A DNA stretch of 63,362 nt, filler included, from Atractiella rhizophila (lineage: Eukaryota): the NCBI GenBank assembly GCA_021432655.1. It is 9 parts of 9 records of this genome, joined end to end, with 100 filler letters (N's around TTAATTAATTAA, not from the genome) between each part and the next. Parts side by side here need not be neighbours in the genome. Positions count along the whole stretch, not along the records: positions 20,922 to 31,217 come from MU272081.1; positions 31,318 to 37,376 come from MU272082.1; positions 37,477 to 47,636 come from MU272083.1; 6 more parts are not named here. The stretch is one strand, 5' to 3'. Of this stretch, positions 25,845 through 38,894 are shown piece after piece; position 1 is the first letter of the stretch; the number at the start of each line of letters is the position of its first letter. Both the position numbers and the translations under genes were made by a program. The notes under the pieces are model-generated. The model saw nothing but the letters and a program-made list of their open reading frames with translations, was not told where the DNA came from and made no database searches.

Positions 25845-27590
25845 ATGCTGCAGCTGAAGAGTATCTGGGTTGCTTTATGGCTTGTAGCCTTCTTGGGGCT
25901 GTCGGGCGTCTCAAACGGGCAGGCAGTCGTGTCTCCAGGTGAGTGCAACCTTCTCGTACATTTGCAAATAGGACTGGGTTGTGACCTTGGATGCAGTAGA
26001 CGAAGCCCCAGCCGCGCCTGTTTCACCCCCTGCTGTTGCCTCTGGAGCGTCCGACCCGTTCGGTGAAGACGACAATGTCCCTCCGCCGTCCCCGATTCCG
26101 TTCTCGAGCTCGAACGGTGCTGGAGAAGCAGAGGAACCTGTTGCTACTTCTGAGCCCTACGAGGGGTACGAATATCGATGGAAGAACTTGTATGTCTCAT
26201 TGTACTTACTTCGGAGGAACTCTCTGAGAAAAGAACTGCAGCCTGGTCCGGCCAGGACTGTTCAAGCAAGAAGGTCTTGCACTCCTCGCTATGGGTTTCT
26301 ACCTCCTCCTCACTCGCTATGGGACGTCCATCAACAGCAAGAAGGCCACGACGTGGGTAGAAGGACACGGAAAGTACCTCAAGACTCAATTTGCAGCTAT
26401 TGGGGTCGGGAAGCTCGAGAGCGGAATGTGGAAGGGAGGCGACAATGCGATCATGCAGGATTCGTCGAGCAAGTATGTCTCTTGGGCTACGGGGAGGAGA
26501 GGGTGCGATGGCCTCCTCATTGAGGTCGAACTGAAGCCGAGAGATGATCTCCTCACGCTGGCGTATGAGACGCTGAGGAGTGTTTTGGATTTTTCGTTTG
26601 AGGGAACGAAGGATAAAGTCGTACGTTTTCCTTCATTGCCGTGATCCATGAGCAGTAATTGAAGTAAATTGCGCAGATTTTGACCTTTAAATTGAAGCCG
26701 TCCGCTCTTGAAACTGGTTTCGTATGGGGAATCGTGAATAAGAACAACATTACACTGACGCGTGACGAGAGGTACGATCTCGTAAGTCGTCTTCACGTCT
26801 TTTCCTGTTGGATTCTTTGCTGACGAAGGGACAGAGAGCTCTGGCGACGAAAGAGACGGAAGCGACGTTCAACAATCAGCTCATGATCTTCTCGGAGCAC
26901 GGAGACATTGTTAACTCTTTCATCCATCCCAACAAAGCTCAAAACGTCGGCATCCTCGAAGTGTTCTCCAAAATCTCCCTCGACTACTTCGAGAGCTTGG
27001 TGCGTCTCCCTCCCATTCCCTCTTCACCTTGCTGACCGATTGCTTGTCCGGGAGTAGATCATCTCAGATGTAGGCCCGGTAGAACCAAAAGGAGAAGAAC
27101 CCGTCCTCCCTCGCGACCTTCGAACTCTCACGCTCACTTTACGCCTTCCTCCCTCCTCCGCCACTCTGGACACCTTACCTTTCGTCCAGCTCGCATGCAA
27201 CCTCGTCGATGTCATTGATCGCATGCGTCTCACCCCAGAATCCGTGAAGAAATTGGTATGTTCTCGCTATCTCTCTGTTTTTCTGATGTGGTTAACGACG
27301 GAAATTTGTTTGTTTGTAGAAGGAGAACAGGGCAGAGGCGGAAGAGGAATTGCAGGCTGAAAATAAGAAATATGCGAAGGAAGAAGCGGATGAGAAGAAG
27401 CGAGCGGATAGGAAGAGTGCGCTTTTCCTTACCTCTATTTCTGTTGACTCAAGATTGTCGCTTCACGTTCTCAGAAGCGGAGGAAGATAGGTATAATGCC
27501 ATGAGCCCGGCTCAGCAGAAGAAGTTTGATGAGAAGAAGAAGGCGAAGGATATGAAGAAGGCTCAGAGTAAGATGGTCAAGAGGAGATAA
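25845..27590 (+). CDS. CCDC47/DUF1682 ER membrane protein (PAT complex subunit-like), multi-exon
   Basis: Signal peptide; TM followed by GTSINSKKATTWV..LKTQFAAIG; WATGRRGC..ELKPRDDLL; AVLKLVSYGESIRTTL-region exon; basic coiled-coil C-terminus MSPAQQKKFDEKKKAKDMKK. Confidence 0.8.
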
Positions 27591-27808
27591 ACACCTGCGT
27601 ACTTCGTCCCTTCCTCTTCTCGGGCTGCAAGGTGGGGTGGAGAAGCGGATCATCAAAAGTAGCTTATGGATATTATTTATGGGGAGTGGCAGTGGTAGCT
27701 GCAGGAAGGAGGGGTAATGAAAATGGAATGTGATCGTGAGGATTCATTTTTTGGTTCAATCAGATGCCAGACATGGTGGGCTGTTCAAGGGACCCTTGTA
27801 TCTTCAAT

Positions 27809-29676
27809 TCAAGCCAGCTCTGCTTCGGCTGTCATGGGGAAAGCTCTATGCTCCCACATCCTTACCAAGCGGAATCCAGCCTGTTGTAGCAACTCTTCCA
27901 CTTGCTGTCGAGTTCGTTGTATTCCTCCAAGGAGAGTACTGACAATGTGCGGCATCAACCCCGTTTTTCTTTGAATGTTACGGCGAACTTACCTGCAAGC
28001 GCGTTCCATGGTGTGACAGCCCTATTTTTTCCTCCAATCAGTCTTTGCAAGAGGGGATGTGATGCCTTACCAGTATCCAGCCTGGCTGAGGATCTGCGTT
28101 TATATTAGCAGACAACACAAGATGATGGTTGTGCATACCTTGCACCACGTTTGTGGAGATGGGAGATGGGTCTTCCTACTCCACCGGCGTGGAAGTTTAT
28201 TTCTTCTGTCGAAGGCATTGAGCTGCTTTTACCAGCCGTTGGGAACAATTCGTTGAGAAGTAGTCTTGTCTTATGCCGCCCAAGGTGCTCTCGGCCCTTG
28301 AACGCGGGATACAAAGCTTTGAAAAATGATATAACTTCTTCATCCCTCAAGTCAGAAATGATGGCCCGGCAAAAGTAGATAACGGTATCTTCTTCGCTTG
28401 TCAACAAAGGCAGTCTGTTTCCTGCGGCTGGTGTTGCCGAAGCTGAGAAAGTGAGGACTGGTTGAGGTTGGAAATAGTCGTGTTGATGTGTCACCACTTG
28501 TTTGTTCGCGACACCATCTGCCCATACTTCTTGCATCGTCGACATGCATCGATCGAGCGCTTTCTCATCTATGTCTTGCAAAATGATGCGCTTAATCGTA
28601 CTGTTGCCGTACATCGGTCCCACCTGGTTTTATTCCAGTGAATTTAGCTTTTCATTGGAAGGGAAAGAGGAAGTCGTGTGACCCACCTTAGACATCCTCT
28701 CAGCATCTCCCGTCCCGACGTCGACAATGACGAGAGAGTCTCCCCAGGTCTTCTCCCATTCCAGATCTTTGGCTACTCCAAACATTGTCAATGTGACCAG
28801 CCAAGCAGGACCAACTTCCACCCTTTCTTTCTCCTGGGTGGTTCTTTTAGGGTCCAGCCACCACTCCCAGATGGATTGGCCTTTCGCCAGACCAAACGGT
28901 GCGTCCCGAGCCGCAACGGAAGCATTGGTCGATGATGATTTTAACATTGGCACAAGGGATGGACCGCACGAACTTGTATCGAAGAGGCCAGCGGTCAGAT
29001 ACGGCTTCGCAGGGAAAGGGGCATGCGGATTGTTGGTGAGCAAGCCGAGCGAGTGTCTGTTGTTTGAATATTTGTGCGGCTCAGGAGCGGTGAAGATGTG
29101 GATTTGAGTCAGCAGCGACATTACCGGGTCTATCTCGTTCTTTTCTTTCTGCATCTACCGAGTTTAGAGATTGCTCACCGAGTTTCATCCTGGTTGTTCC
29201 ACATTCTTTCGCTAGATCCTCGATCCTAATACCTCGCTCTCCAGATGCTGCCTCAAGTTCTCGGATCTTGTCTGCAACGTCTAATTCAGCGACAACCCCC
29301 AACGAGAATGTCTCATGGATTTTATGCGCTAAACATGACGCTTTAATCCTCCCCAACCTTTGGACGGAAAATATCACCTACCAATGTTAAATAAATGAAA
29401 CTTTGTTGGTGTAACAGTTGCCTCGAGGGCTCTAGTTGATGTGATGAGATTCTGGATGGCGGTCCAGGTCTTCCAGTCTGGGGTGTCGATATCCCATTCT
29501 AGACTAGGGAACAATGAGTTGTTTGAAACTGCTTCCAAGTTGCTCACAATACTTCAGCCTCATCAAGGTGCGGTTCTTTCTCTAAAGCAGATAGTACTAT
29601 TGCTGACTGCTTCTGAATATCCTTGATCAGATTCGAGAGTAAACCCATGACTGTTGACGACTTCGACGGGTGCCAT
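27809..29676 (-). CDS. O-methyltransferase-fold protein (Methyltransf_2-like) with altered catalytic motifs
   Basis: Winged-helix-like VAELDVADKI..IEDLAKECG; IVDVGTG; IILQD; HDYFQPQPV; IYFCRAIISDL; C-terminus GGIQRTRQQVEELLQQAGFRLVRMW..EAELA*. The exact start is uncertain. Confidence 0.82.
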
Positions 29677-29844
29677 CTCATACCAATCGCAATCTTAAGC
29701 CTAAGCACAGTGCCCCGCATCAGCAGCAGAGTTCCACCAATTCATTACAAAGCTAAAACCTATGTACCGCATCGTCACTCAGGTCGAGAGCATTTATGAG
29801 TGCGTAGGTCCAGCGAGAATCCTTAGGAGTCCTCGCGCATCAAA

Positions 29845-31217
29845 ATGCCTCTATCCGTGCTCGTCGTTGGAGCAGGTTTTGGAGGGCTTTCAGCCGCCAT
29901 CTCCTGCCGCCGTCAGGGGATGGATGTTACACTTCTGGAACGATTGATATCAGGTGTTTCTCCGTATGGAGACGCCATAGGTTTCGGCGTATGTTATTTG
30001 CTTACGCGACATTTCCGACGTTGACAATGAATCTCAAGGCAAACGCGGTGAAAGTGCTTTATCGATGGGATATTGGAGATGTAGGTCTACTGCAATACCA
30101 ATAGTAGAGGATGGGGCTAACTTCATTTCAGGATATGTACAAGATCAGGTGCGTAGATTTGAGCTCGCCACTGAATGCTGCTAAATTCGTCCAGTGCAAA
30201 GGGAGGTTGGTGGACTACGAAAGGTAGGATTTGAACTTGGAAAGAGTATTGACTGAAGCGCACTTCAGATTTACACGGCAAGATATTGGTTCAAGAGGAT
30301 AATCGAAACATGTTAGTTGATTTGTATTTGGTGCCGTTTGTATCTGACCTGTTTCTAGAGCGATTGAGGTAAGTAAGGCTGGCAGCATTAGACAGATACT
30401 CAAGTCAGGCTAGTTCGGAGCACCCATATGCCCTGGTCATAGAGCTGGTAAGCTTGAGCCCTCATTTCGTGCGCATCCGCAACTGACCGCATTGCACTGA
30501 AGAGTTTCAAAGGATCTGGTTCAATAAAGCAAAGGAGATTGGCGTGAAAATTCTTACTGGCGTTCGCGTTGAGCAGTATTTCGATGGTGAAGATGGAATC
30601 CCAGGTTCTCGACCATGGGTCATCACAAAACGGGGGGACAGAATCGAAGCAGATGTGAGCTGCCAATTTCTCTCTTACTACGTCATGTAATGCACCAACA
30701 GGTCATATTAGCGGCTGATGGCATCAAAAGTCGTGCAAAGGAGGTCGTGCTTGATTTTCCAGACGCTCCTCAGGTCAGCCTTCTCCGCCATTATTTCCGT
30801 CTTCAGACGTTTGAACTTTGGTTTGCAGTCCTCGGGCTATGCAGCTTACAGGGCAGCCATGCCAATCAAAGAGCTCATGGAAGACCCAGCTTGTCGGCAT
30901 TTGATAGATGAGACTGGTCGTGCCTGGATTGGACCAGATGTACACGCAGTTGGTGAGTTCCATGCCAGGCAACTTCTGACTGATATATCAAAATGCTCTC
31001 AGCGGCGAGTTTCAACGGGAGTTGCTCATTCGTCCGTCATCTTCTCCAAAAACAATCGGTTTCTGACTAGTGATGCTAGGCGGTAACCCATAAAGAGGAA
31101 GGCAGTGAAAATGCGGCAGAAAATTGGAATAAACCTTGCAAGGTGAGATAGGACGTCATGTACACTTTCGCGCTAATCTGACAGGTAGGCTGACGATGTC
31201 CTCAAGCACATCGAGGG
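29845..31217 (+). CDS. FAD-dependent monooxygenase (salicylate hydroxylase-like), 5' part, many short exons
   Basis: MPLSVLVVGAGFGGLSAAI (GxGxxG), ADVILAADGIKS (DG motif), SSGYAAYRA, AWIGPDVH. Truncated by spacer. Confidence 0.9.
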
Positions 31218-31317
31218 NNNNNNNNNNNNNNNNNNNNNNNNNNNNNNNNNNNNNNNNNNNNTTAATTAATTAANNNNNNNNNNNNNNNNNNNNNNNNNNN
31301 NNNNNNNNNNNNNNNNN

Positions 31318-34300
31318 TAAACTGGAATGAGAAGGGAAGAGCCGCGAGAGATGGTTGTCGTCTGAGCGAGGGTCGTGAAGTACATCTCGTTCAAAAAGCA
31401 TAAGGTCGGTGCTAAGACAACCGTCGGTTCGCTGGTCCACTATGGTCAGTTTTGCCATAGAAAGCATCTGAGCATCCAGTTCAGCCTGTGTCAAAGCTGC
31501 AGGACTGGAAAAAGTGATCGCGTCTTCTGTGTCGTCGCTGAACTCCTCATCCTCGCTTTCATCAAGCTGCAGACTGCCAACGCCGATGATAAGTTCCCTT
31601 TGCTTCTGTTCTAAATGCTTCCGATCTTCGACTCGTTGCCTCCGCATATCCAACTCATCCATCCCCCTAACTGCTGTATTCCAACTCGGCTGCCTTGAGA
31701 AAGTCACTCTTGTGTTGCCGTTCACAACAGGATCACGCCTCTGCATGGACATCCCTCCGTGCGTTATTTTCTGAACCTTCCTCCCACCATTTTCTCTCAA
31801 ATTCTCACGTTCTCGTAAGCCATTCGCTCTAGTCCATTTTGGGTCTGTGAACGAAACGGGAGATGGCCCAAAGTGGCCTTGTCGGAAAACAGGGTATTCT
31901 TGATTTCGTGGAGGGCTGAAGGTAATCGGAAATCGTGGTTTAGATAACGGAAGTCGGCCGTCGGTGGACGATGCTCTCTTCCGGATTTGACGATTTGGAC
32001 TGATGTGGAATAATCCATTTGCGTTGGGAAGATACCCATTAGCTTTGTCCGAGTATGGGGCATCCTGCTTCCGATTTTTGATTGGGATCTCCTCCTTGGA
32101 TGAAGGAATGGATGCTGGAGAGGGATCTACTGGAATCGAGGATGGCAGGTCAGAAATGACGATCTCCGCCAAATCGTCGGTGACCTTCTCCAAAGGCGCA
32201 GGCGGGACCTGCGGGAGATATTGCATGGATGAGTCCATACCTGGGTGATGAGCGAGGGCCAAATGTGTGGCTCTGGTGCCATCGTGAGCGAAAGTAAAGG
32301 TAGTTGGGGAAGGAAGTAGTTCTTTCGACGCGATCGAAGAAGGAATCGACGGCGAGTTGGGTAACATTGGCGTTGGAGGCAGTGGATGCGAGACCGGTTG
32401 AGAAATGTCCATCTCATCCCTAGAGGGATCAAAGTTCCCATCGATCCCTTTCTCGTCATTGTAGAAATCAAAATCGGCATCTTCCAGCCCAGTGAACTCC
32501 TTCATCATATCTACATCCCCATCCATCCAGTAACCTGCACTAAACCCCAAGCCCATGAATGAATCACCGCCATCCACTCCGTTTGATTTCGGTAGATCGT
32601 TAGTGCTGGCAGCCATGACGACGTCTGGACTATCAGTGAGGGAGAGTGGAGTGATACTGACCACACCATTCACAACTCCCTGTGAAGGTGTCTTCTTCCT
32701 CCCGGACTTCACTCTAACGACAGATTCCTTCTCACACTCCCTCTCACGTTCCTTTTCTCGCATCAGATATTCAATGTACCCGCCCCCAGCGTCCATCAAT
32801 CTCTCGACCGGATCCTGAGGTACTTCCTTCGAAAGCGAGGATCTATGAAGACGTTGGACTAATATCTTCCGCGTCCCTTTTGATGTGCGCTCCCGCAACG
32901 GGAAACCCGATCCTTCGGCCCGACGACCGCTTGACGCAGCCAAACTCGAAGGCTCTGTCCCAGGGTCAGGGCCGTTGACATCGCGATCCTTCAATGGTTC
33001 CGGCTCTTTTTGGTCCAAATCACACTCGATGACGCAGAGCTCTGCCGGCCAAACAACGTTGGTTGTCCTCCCGTCTCCACTCAGCTCCACCTCAACAACG
33101 CACCATTTTCCCTCGCTCTCCTCATCGGGCCAAATTGACTTCACCTCATCCTTCTCCCCATCTCCCATCTTTCCTTCCAACGCTCTCTTCCATTTCGGCC
33201 TCAATATGTCCCTCACCTCCTTTCTCTCGTTTATGATATGCCGATCGCGTTCTGTCATATTCATCAAGGGGGCTTCCAACCGGGCGAACGCGCTGTTGTA
33301 CATCGCGCTCGCGTCTCCGTAGTATCGTACGAATTGTCCCTTGATGCCTTTAGGTCGGAGGAGAATAGGTGTACCCTTCGTGACTGATAGAGACCGGTGC
33401 AAAGATGGGGCGAGAGGGTATAGCTTGCGGTCTCGACAGCGCGTGAGGGTGATTGACAGGCCGTGAGGATCTAGCGAAAGGCGGAAGGAGGCTTCGATTA
33501 CTTCTGGGACGAGGGAAGAGAGAGAAGGCGAAGCTCTCGCTTTTCCCTTCCCTTTTCGATCGGAGCGGCGTATGCGCTCCTTATCCTCGCTTCCAGCCAA
33601 GTAATAACCCTCGACCTCCTCCACAGTCCTCTCCTCGTCTTGTGGTGCAATGGGAGGGAAAAGGAGCAGGGTAAATTCGCCTGCCCTCTCTCCGGCATAT
33701 ACCACCCTCCCCTTCCTTCTTTCTTGTGTCCCCGCCTCCTCCCCGCCCCCTCCACCGAATATCTTCCCAACTCTTTCTCCGAGCGACTGAGTGAATGCAT
33801 TCCAGACTCCTCCATTGACAGTGTCTGGATTCAAGAGCTCCGAAAGTTCGATGACGGACAACGAGTTGGTGTATGCCCTATTGAGAGGGGATTGGAAGAG
33901 GTTGAAAGGGTCCTGTCGAGGCGGTGGCGGTTTGTCATCGGGGGGAGAGTCGGTTGATAGAGGTGTGAGAGGGGAATCTGGAGGCTTGAGGAGATTCGGG
34001 TAGAGGGGAGCAAACAGCGTGGAATGGGTCAATTGTCCCTGTCCGATTTCTATCCATCGTTATCATCAGCTCCACAATCAGACATAAGCAGGCAAAAACG
34101 AACGTTCGAACCCTTCTCCTGCCTGCCACTCCATGAAGAGCTTGAACCTCTTCCTATCCTCCTCCCGCACCTCGTTTCCAAAAGCCCAAAAGGTATAAAG
34201 CACCCTGCGTATCGCGCCAGCACAGGTCCCCTTCGCCTTTTCTTCCTCCTTCCAACACCTAATATGCGCCCACACGCCACCCCAACCTTCTCCATCATTT

Positions 34301-34815
34301 TCAAGATGGGGGAACAAAGCGAGGAACTCCCCCCTCTTTCTTTCGACGACGTCGTCCAATTCCGCCGCGACAGGATTCGAGGAGGAAGATGGGTCCACGT
34401 CCATCTCAATTCGGATGGGTGATGCCAGTTGTCCCTCTCCACCTGTTACAACGGTGTTTTCTGTCGCCATGACCGTGGCTAAGGCAGCGGCGGAGGTGGA
34501 AGGTGTTATCGTCGCCGTTGTTGGAGGAGGTACGGGGGTAAGGGCGGGCAAAGTTTCCGAAATCCTCTGCCTCTTCGCCGGCCTGACGCTATCCACCGTA
34601 TCCGTCCTATGCTTCTCTTTCCCTCCCACCGAGGGCGAAGTATGCATCATCTGAGACTGGGGAATTGGTGGAGGAGCACGAGGAGAATCAGGGTCAAGGT
34701 CTACGACCTCCAATTCCTTTCCTTTTCCTTTTGCCTTCTCTCTCTCTTCCTCCTTCTGCTCCTCCTTCTGTTCTTTAGCTCCTTCCTTCAAAGGTACCGA
34801 AACCTCCACCCCCCA
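31318..34815 (-). CDS. SSN2: Mediator kinase-module subunit Med13 (Srb9/Ssn2)-like, internal fragment
   Basis: 920-aa ORF joined to an upstream exon by an intron near 34050-34105. Segments GTPILLRPKG..YYG, WCVVEV..VVWPAELC and LEDADFDFY resemble basidiomycete Med13 as recalled. Confidence 0.6.
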
Positions 34816-36586
34816 NNNNNNNNNNNNNNNNNNNNNNNNNNNNNNNNNNNNNNNNNNNNNNNNNNNNNNNNNNNNNNNNNNNNNNNNNNNNNNNNNNNNN
34901 NNNNNNNNNNNNNNNNNNNNNNNNNNNNNNNNNNNNNNNNNNNNNNNNNNNNNNNNNNNNNNNNNNNNNNNNNNNNNNNNNNNNNNNNNNNNNNNNNNNG
35001 GGGAGGGGGAGTTGGAACGGCGCGAGAGCGGGTTGGGGGGAGCTCGTCGTCGCTGGTCCGTGACGAGTGAAGGTCGAGTGTGGGGAGGTGCCGGTGGGTG
35101 CGCGTGTACATGATGATCTGTCAGCGGTGGTAGGGTCAGCAATGCAGTCCGGAAGGGGGCAGCGCACACAAAGCAACCATTCCAGAGCAATAAATGGATA
35201 AGTGCAGACCGTGCGCAAAAGTAAGAAGTGCCGAATCACACGAGTTGACAGCACTTCTGTCACACTGTTTAACGAAAACAAGGTCGTACTGAGCAGATGT
35301 GGATGTCGGCGGAAGGCCGCGCACAGCCCTTCTCACTGTCAGTGGACCTCCATACATGGAAGAAACGGACAATTTGGAGGAGATAGAATTGAGCCGTTTC
35401 GGTTAGAACATTTGGTGTTAGAGACAAATTCGTGTCTTGATTAAGGGAGGTGCGAACACGAAGGACAGAAGACTGGTGAGATCTCAACTCACTACTGCTC
35501 GTCTAAGATACCACTTGAAACACAAGTTACGGTATCGCAAGAAAGATTATGAAAGCTTCATGGGACGAAGGTGCCTCTGTTCTCGCTTCTATCACCTGGG
35601 ATAGATCGAAGGGCTTAGATCAATGATAAGATGCTGAAAGAAGCTGTGCGGAGAAGAACAGTGAAAAGTAAAATATACATATGATTTACTCCATTTCCAC
35701 GACAACCCGAGGTGGACGAGCATCCTGTTCATGTGGGCCACAATCTTCTCATCCCAGAGCATGGAAGAAGAGAAGCTCACAGGAGAGCCAGGTTCCCTAG
35801 ACAGAAAGGAAACAGATAGGTTTGAAGTCACAAAGAGGTCATATTGTTCCGCGAACCCTAGATGCTTAGCGTTCCCATCTACAACCCATTGGTGTCTGCT
35901 CTTTCAAAAAGCGAGTAAGACGAGGTAGGGGAAGGAAGCTCGATGCAGATGGGCCTCTAGCCTGGACACGAAGCACAACCCAACACAGCTAGTGCAACTC
36001 ATCAACCTCCTAAGCGAGTTGGGTCGATATAGACGTATTCCTGGGAAGTAGACAAGCCGAGCGAGGCGGAGCAGGAATGGACGTTGCAATGAATGAATGC
36101 AGCACACCAGCAAAAGGGATACAATGACACAGATAGAATGCTGGAGAACGAAGAAGGAAAGGAAAAGACACACTCCCCACCCGATCGCAGAGGAAAGAGC
36201 GCACCTTGATTCACACTTTCTTCGGATGTCGAATGTGACTACGAGGTCATGTCCCTCTGCTTAGTTTTTGGCTTGAGTTCGTTCTCGGATTGGGTTGGTG
36301 CTTGACTTGCTTGATGATGCCTTGCCTGTGTCTTTGCTGAACTTGGTGGCTGTTGAGTGGTTGAGTGTCAGGTCGGTGGTCTTTGACTTTGCATGCGTCG
36401 ATCACTTTGTGGCTTTGCGTTCCGCTGTTCTGTTTTGTTTTCTGCTCACTCAAGCTGGCGAGTTCGTTCGTCGCTAAGACTATTTCTGCCTTGCATAATG
36501 GGTAATGGCATAGATGGGACCATCATAATGGACTGATAATTGCTAGGATGACGGCCAGTCCAAATGACATTCAAATAGACTAGCGA

Positions 36587-37376
36587 TTAACCTCTTCCCC
36601 TTCCTCTCTTCTTATTCCTATTCCCTCTATTGGCTTTCATACCTCCACGCTTAGCATTCGCCACCTCGATCTCCTCCAAATTTCCAATCTGAAACTCTCC
36701 CTTCTCCCTGCCCGTCAAACTCACTCCCTTGTAGCTCTTCACGCCATCGCTCCTCCGCTGCTCTTTCTTCTCTGACTTCTGTCCCATCTGCATGTCCCCA
36801 GGCGCCTCACGCAAGCCAAATGACTTCGCCAGGTGTCCTAAATGCAGATTCCGTATGTGAAAGAACTCTTTTTCCTTGGATGGATGCGTCGAGTACGCCC
36901 GTAGATGAGATGTGAACGCCCGCTTCGACAATTCCGTATTCTGCTCGACGACGCACGTCAGTCCTCCAGATCTTCGCGCTTTTACGGCGTGACATGAACG
37001 GAAGGAAACGTACGGACGAAGAAGCGACTACCCAACGCTCGAACCCCATCTGTACGTCCGTCGCCCTCTTTTCCCACTCTGCCCTACTCTCGCCACCATA
37101 TCCACCCCTTAACACGTCCCCTATCCCCTCTTCCTCCCCGAGCGACACCTCTATCTCTTCCTCACATTGCTTGATCCACTCCCTCTCTTTTCCGGGAAGC
37201 ACAAAAGTGTAACTCTCCCCCTTCCTTCCCATTCGAGCAGTGCGGCCGATGCGATGGATGTATTCTGTTATTCCATCCTGCCAAAGGAGAACATATCAGA
37301 CACCATGAAATAAATAAGTTAAAGCGTAAGAAAATGCACGAACCTCAGTAGGCAGATCCCACTGCACCACCACTCC
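36587..37376 (-). CDS. DBP7: DEAD-box RNA helicase Dbp7, C-terminal part
   Basis: [20 protein letters not shown] (motif VI), [42 protein letters not shown]. Confidence 0.92.
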
Positions 37377-37476
37377 NNNNNNNNNNNNNNNNNNNNNNNN
37401 NNNNNNNNNNNNNNNNNNNNTTAATTAATTAANNNNNNNNNNNNNNNNNNNNNNNNNNNNNNNNNNNNNNNNNNNN

Positions 37477-38894
37477 TCGGGACAGTTGAGGAAGATGTAT
37501 TGCCCAGCTCTTGTCTAACCCATCCAATACAAGCATCAGCAATCATTCCACCATGCACAGCCATGAGATTAGAGCGGAAGCTCGAGACAGACCGTGGTTT
37601 TCTCCTTCTTGATTTGAACTTCCACCACCTTTCCAGGATGCTGGATAACCTTGGAGACGTAGGTCTTGTGTCTCGCGCGAACTTCCCTCAATATCCTCTC
37701 ATAGATGAAGATGGCACCGCCAACGATCCAATACTTCCAGAAAACACCGATCTGGTTCGCAGAGCAGTAAGGAGGTCTGTCAGGCTTGATCATACAGAAC
37801 ATTCTGTCAAACCGCAGGAGAATCAGCTACGACGGCACAGGAAGGGAGGAGAGGGGAAGACGAACCCGTGAAGCTGCCAACAGATGAAGAAGATGATGAA
37901 CAAATGATGAGAATACCAAAACTTCTCGAATCCTCCGTTCGGCGCTCTCCTTCTCTTCTCGATCGCGAAATAGACCATCACTCCGAGGGCAGCGTTCATG
38001 ATCCAACCCGTCACTCCTGGTCCGGTCAAGAAGTTGGCACCGATGAAACCAACCACGCCAGTCTTGGTCTTGATGGCCAATAGAGTGAAGTTTGACATGT
38101 GGGCAAGGGTGTGGACGGTGGTGAAGAAGACAATGGACCACGCAACTTGCTTGTCTATTAGTCCACTCAGTCGTCAGTCTCTGGCGCTCATTTTCGTGAT
38201 GATAGGAAGATGAAAAGAACGCACGGAAAGTAATGTTCTTCTCAAACGGGATGATGGCGTTGAGGGGTCCCCTTCGCAGGATGGAAATGAAGTTCCTGCA
38301 AATGGGAAGGAGGATGAAAGCCACGTCAACGTGGAGACAGAGGGCAGCAGCACGAGCGATGGGGTAGCCGTAAGAGAAAGTGTCTCGCGCATTCTGAAGG
38401 TTGTCTACCGCGCAGCGTTTCTATTTTAGAAAATGCTGCTGACGCAAGAAGGAAGCCAAGGAAGACGCACCCTTGAATTGGTAGTTGAAGAAACCAAAGG
38501 TGAAGACGAGGATGTGGAGGAGGATCCAGACTCCCATGAAGATTCGCCTCCCTCCTTCATTAACCATCCACGCCTTAAACTTCTCATATCCCTCCAGAAC
38601 GGGTATTCCTGTGGGCTTTGATTCTACATCGATCAGCCCCTCCGTCTTCATCAACCCCTGCAGCCTCCTGCGGTCCGTCTTCTTCCTCTGCAGATGTACG
38701 GACCCCATGGAGGCGCCTTCTGGGTTCTTCTCCGCCAACCCCTTCTCCTTTTCGACGCTCCTGATGCTCACGCTTCTTCCCATCGGAGCAGCGTGTGGGG
38801 TCAGAGGCACATTCTGGCCGTCGCTAAAGTCCAATCCTGAGGTACGAGGACCGCGGGTCATGCGCTTGGGGACGAAATTGGAGAAGTTTGGCAT
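37477..38894 (-). CDS. noxB: NADPH oxidase, NoxB/Nox2 type, 5' part
   Basis: N-terminal extension, WMVNEGGRR, ARAAALCLH..LPICRNFIS, heme histidines FHKQVAW..HTLAH and FWYSHHLF..WQLHG, IYERILRE, YIFLNCP. Confidence 0.92.

Noticed and set aside
35000..36500. Splice-like signals suggesting a gene between DBP7 and Med13; likewise 5000-6000, 9040-9630 and 39750-40910
   Set aside because: No consistent spliced reading frame or family motif could be assembled by eye.
36587..38894. Apparent noxB-DBP7 fusion or cluster on the minus strand
   Set aside because: Separated by an artificial spacer; both genes are simply truncated.
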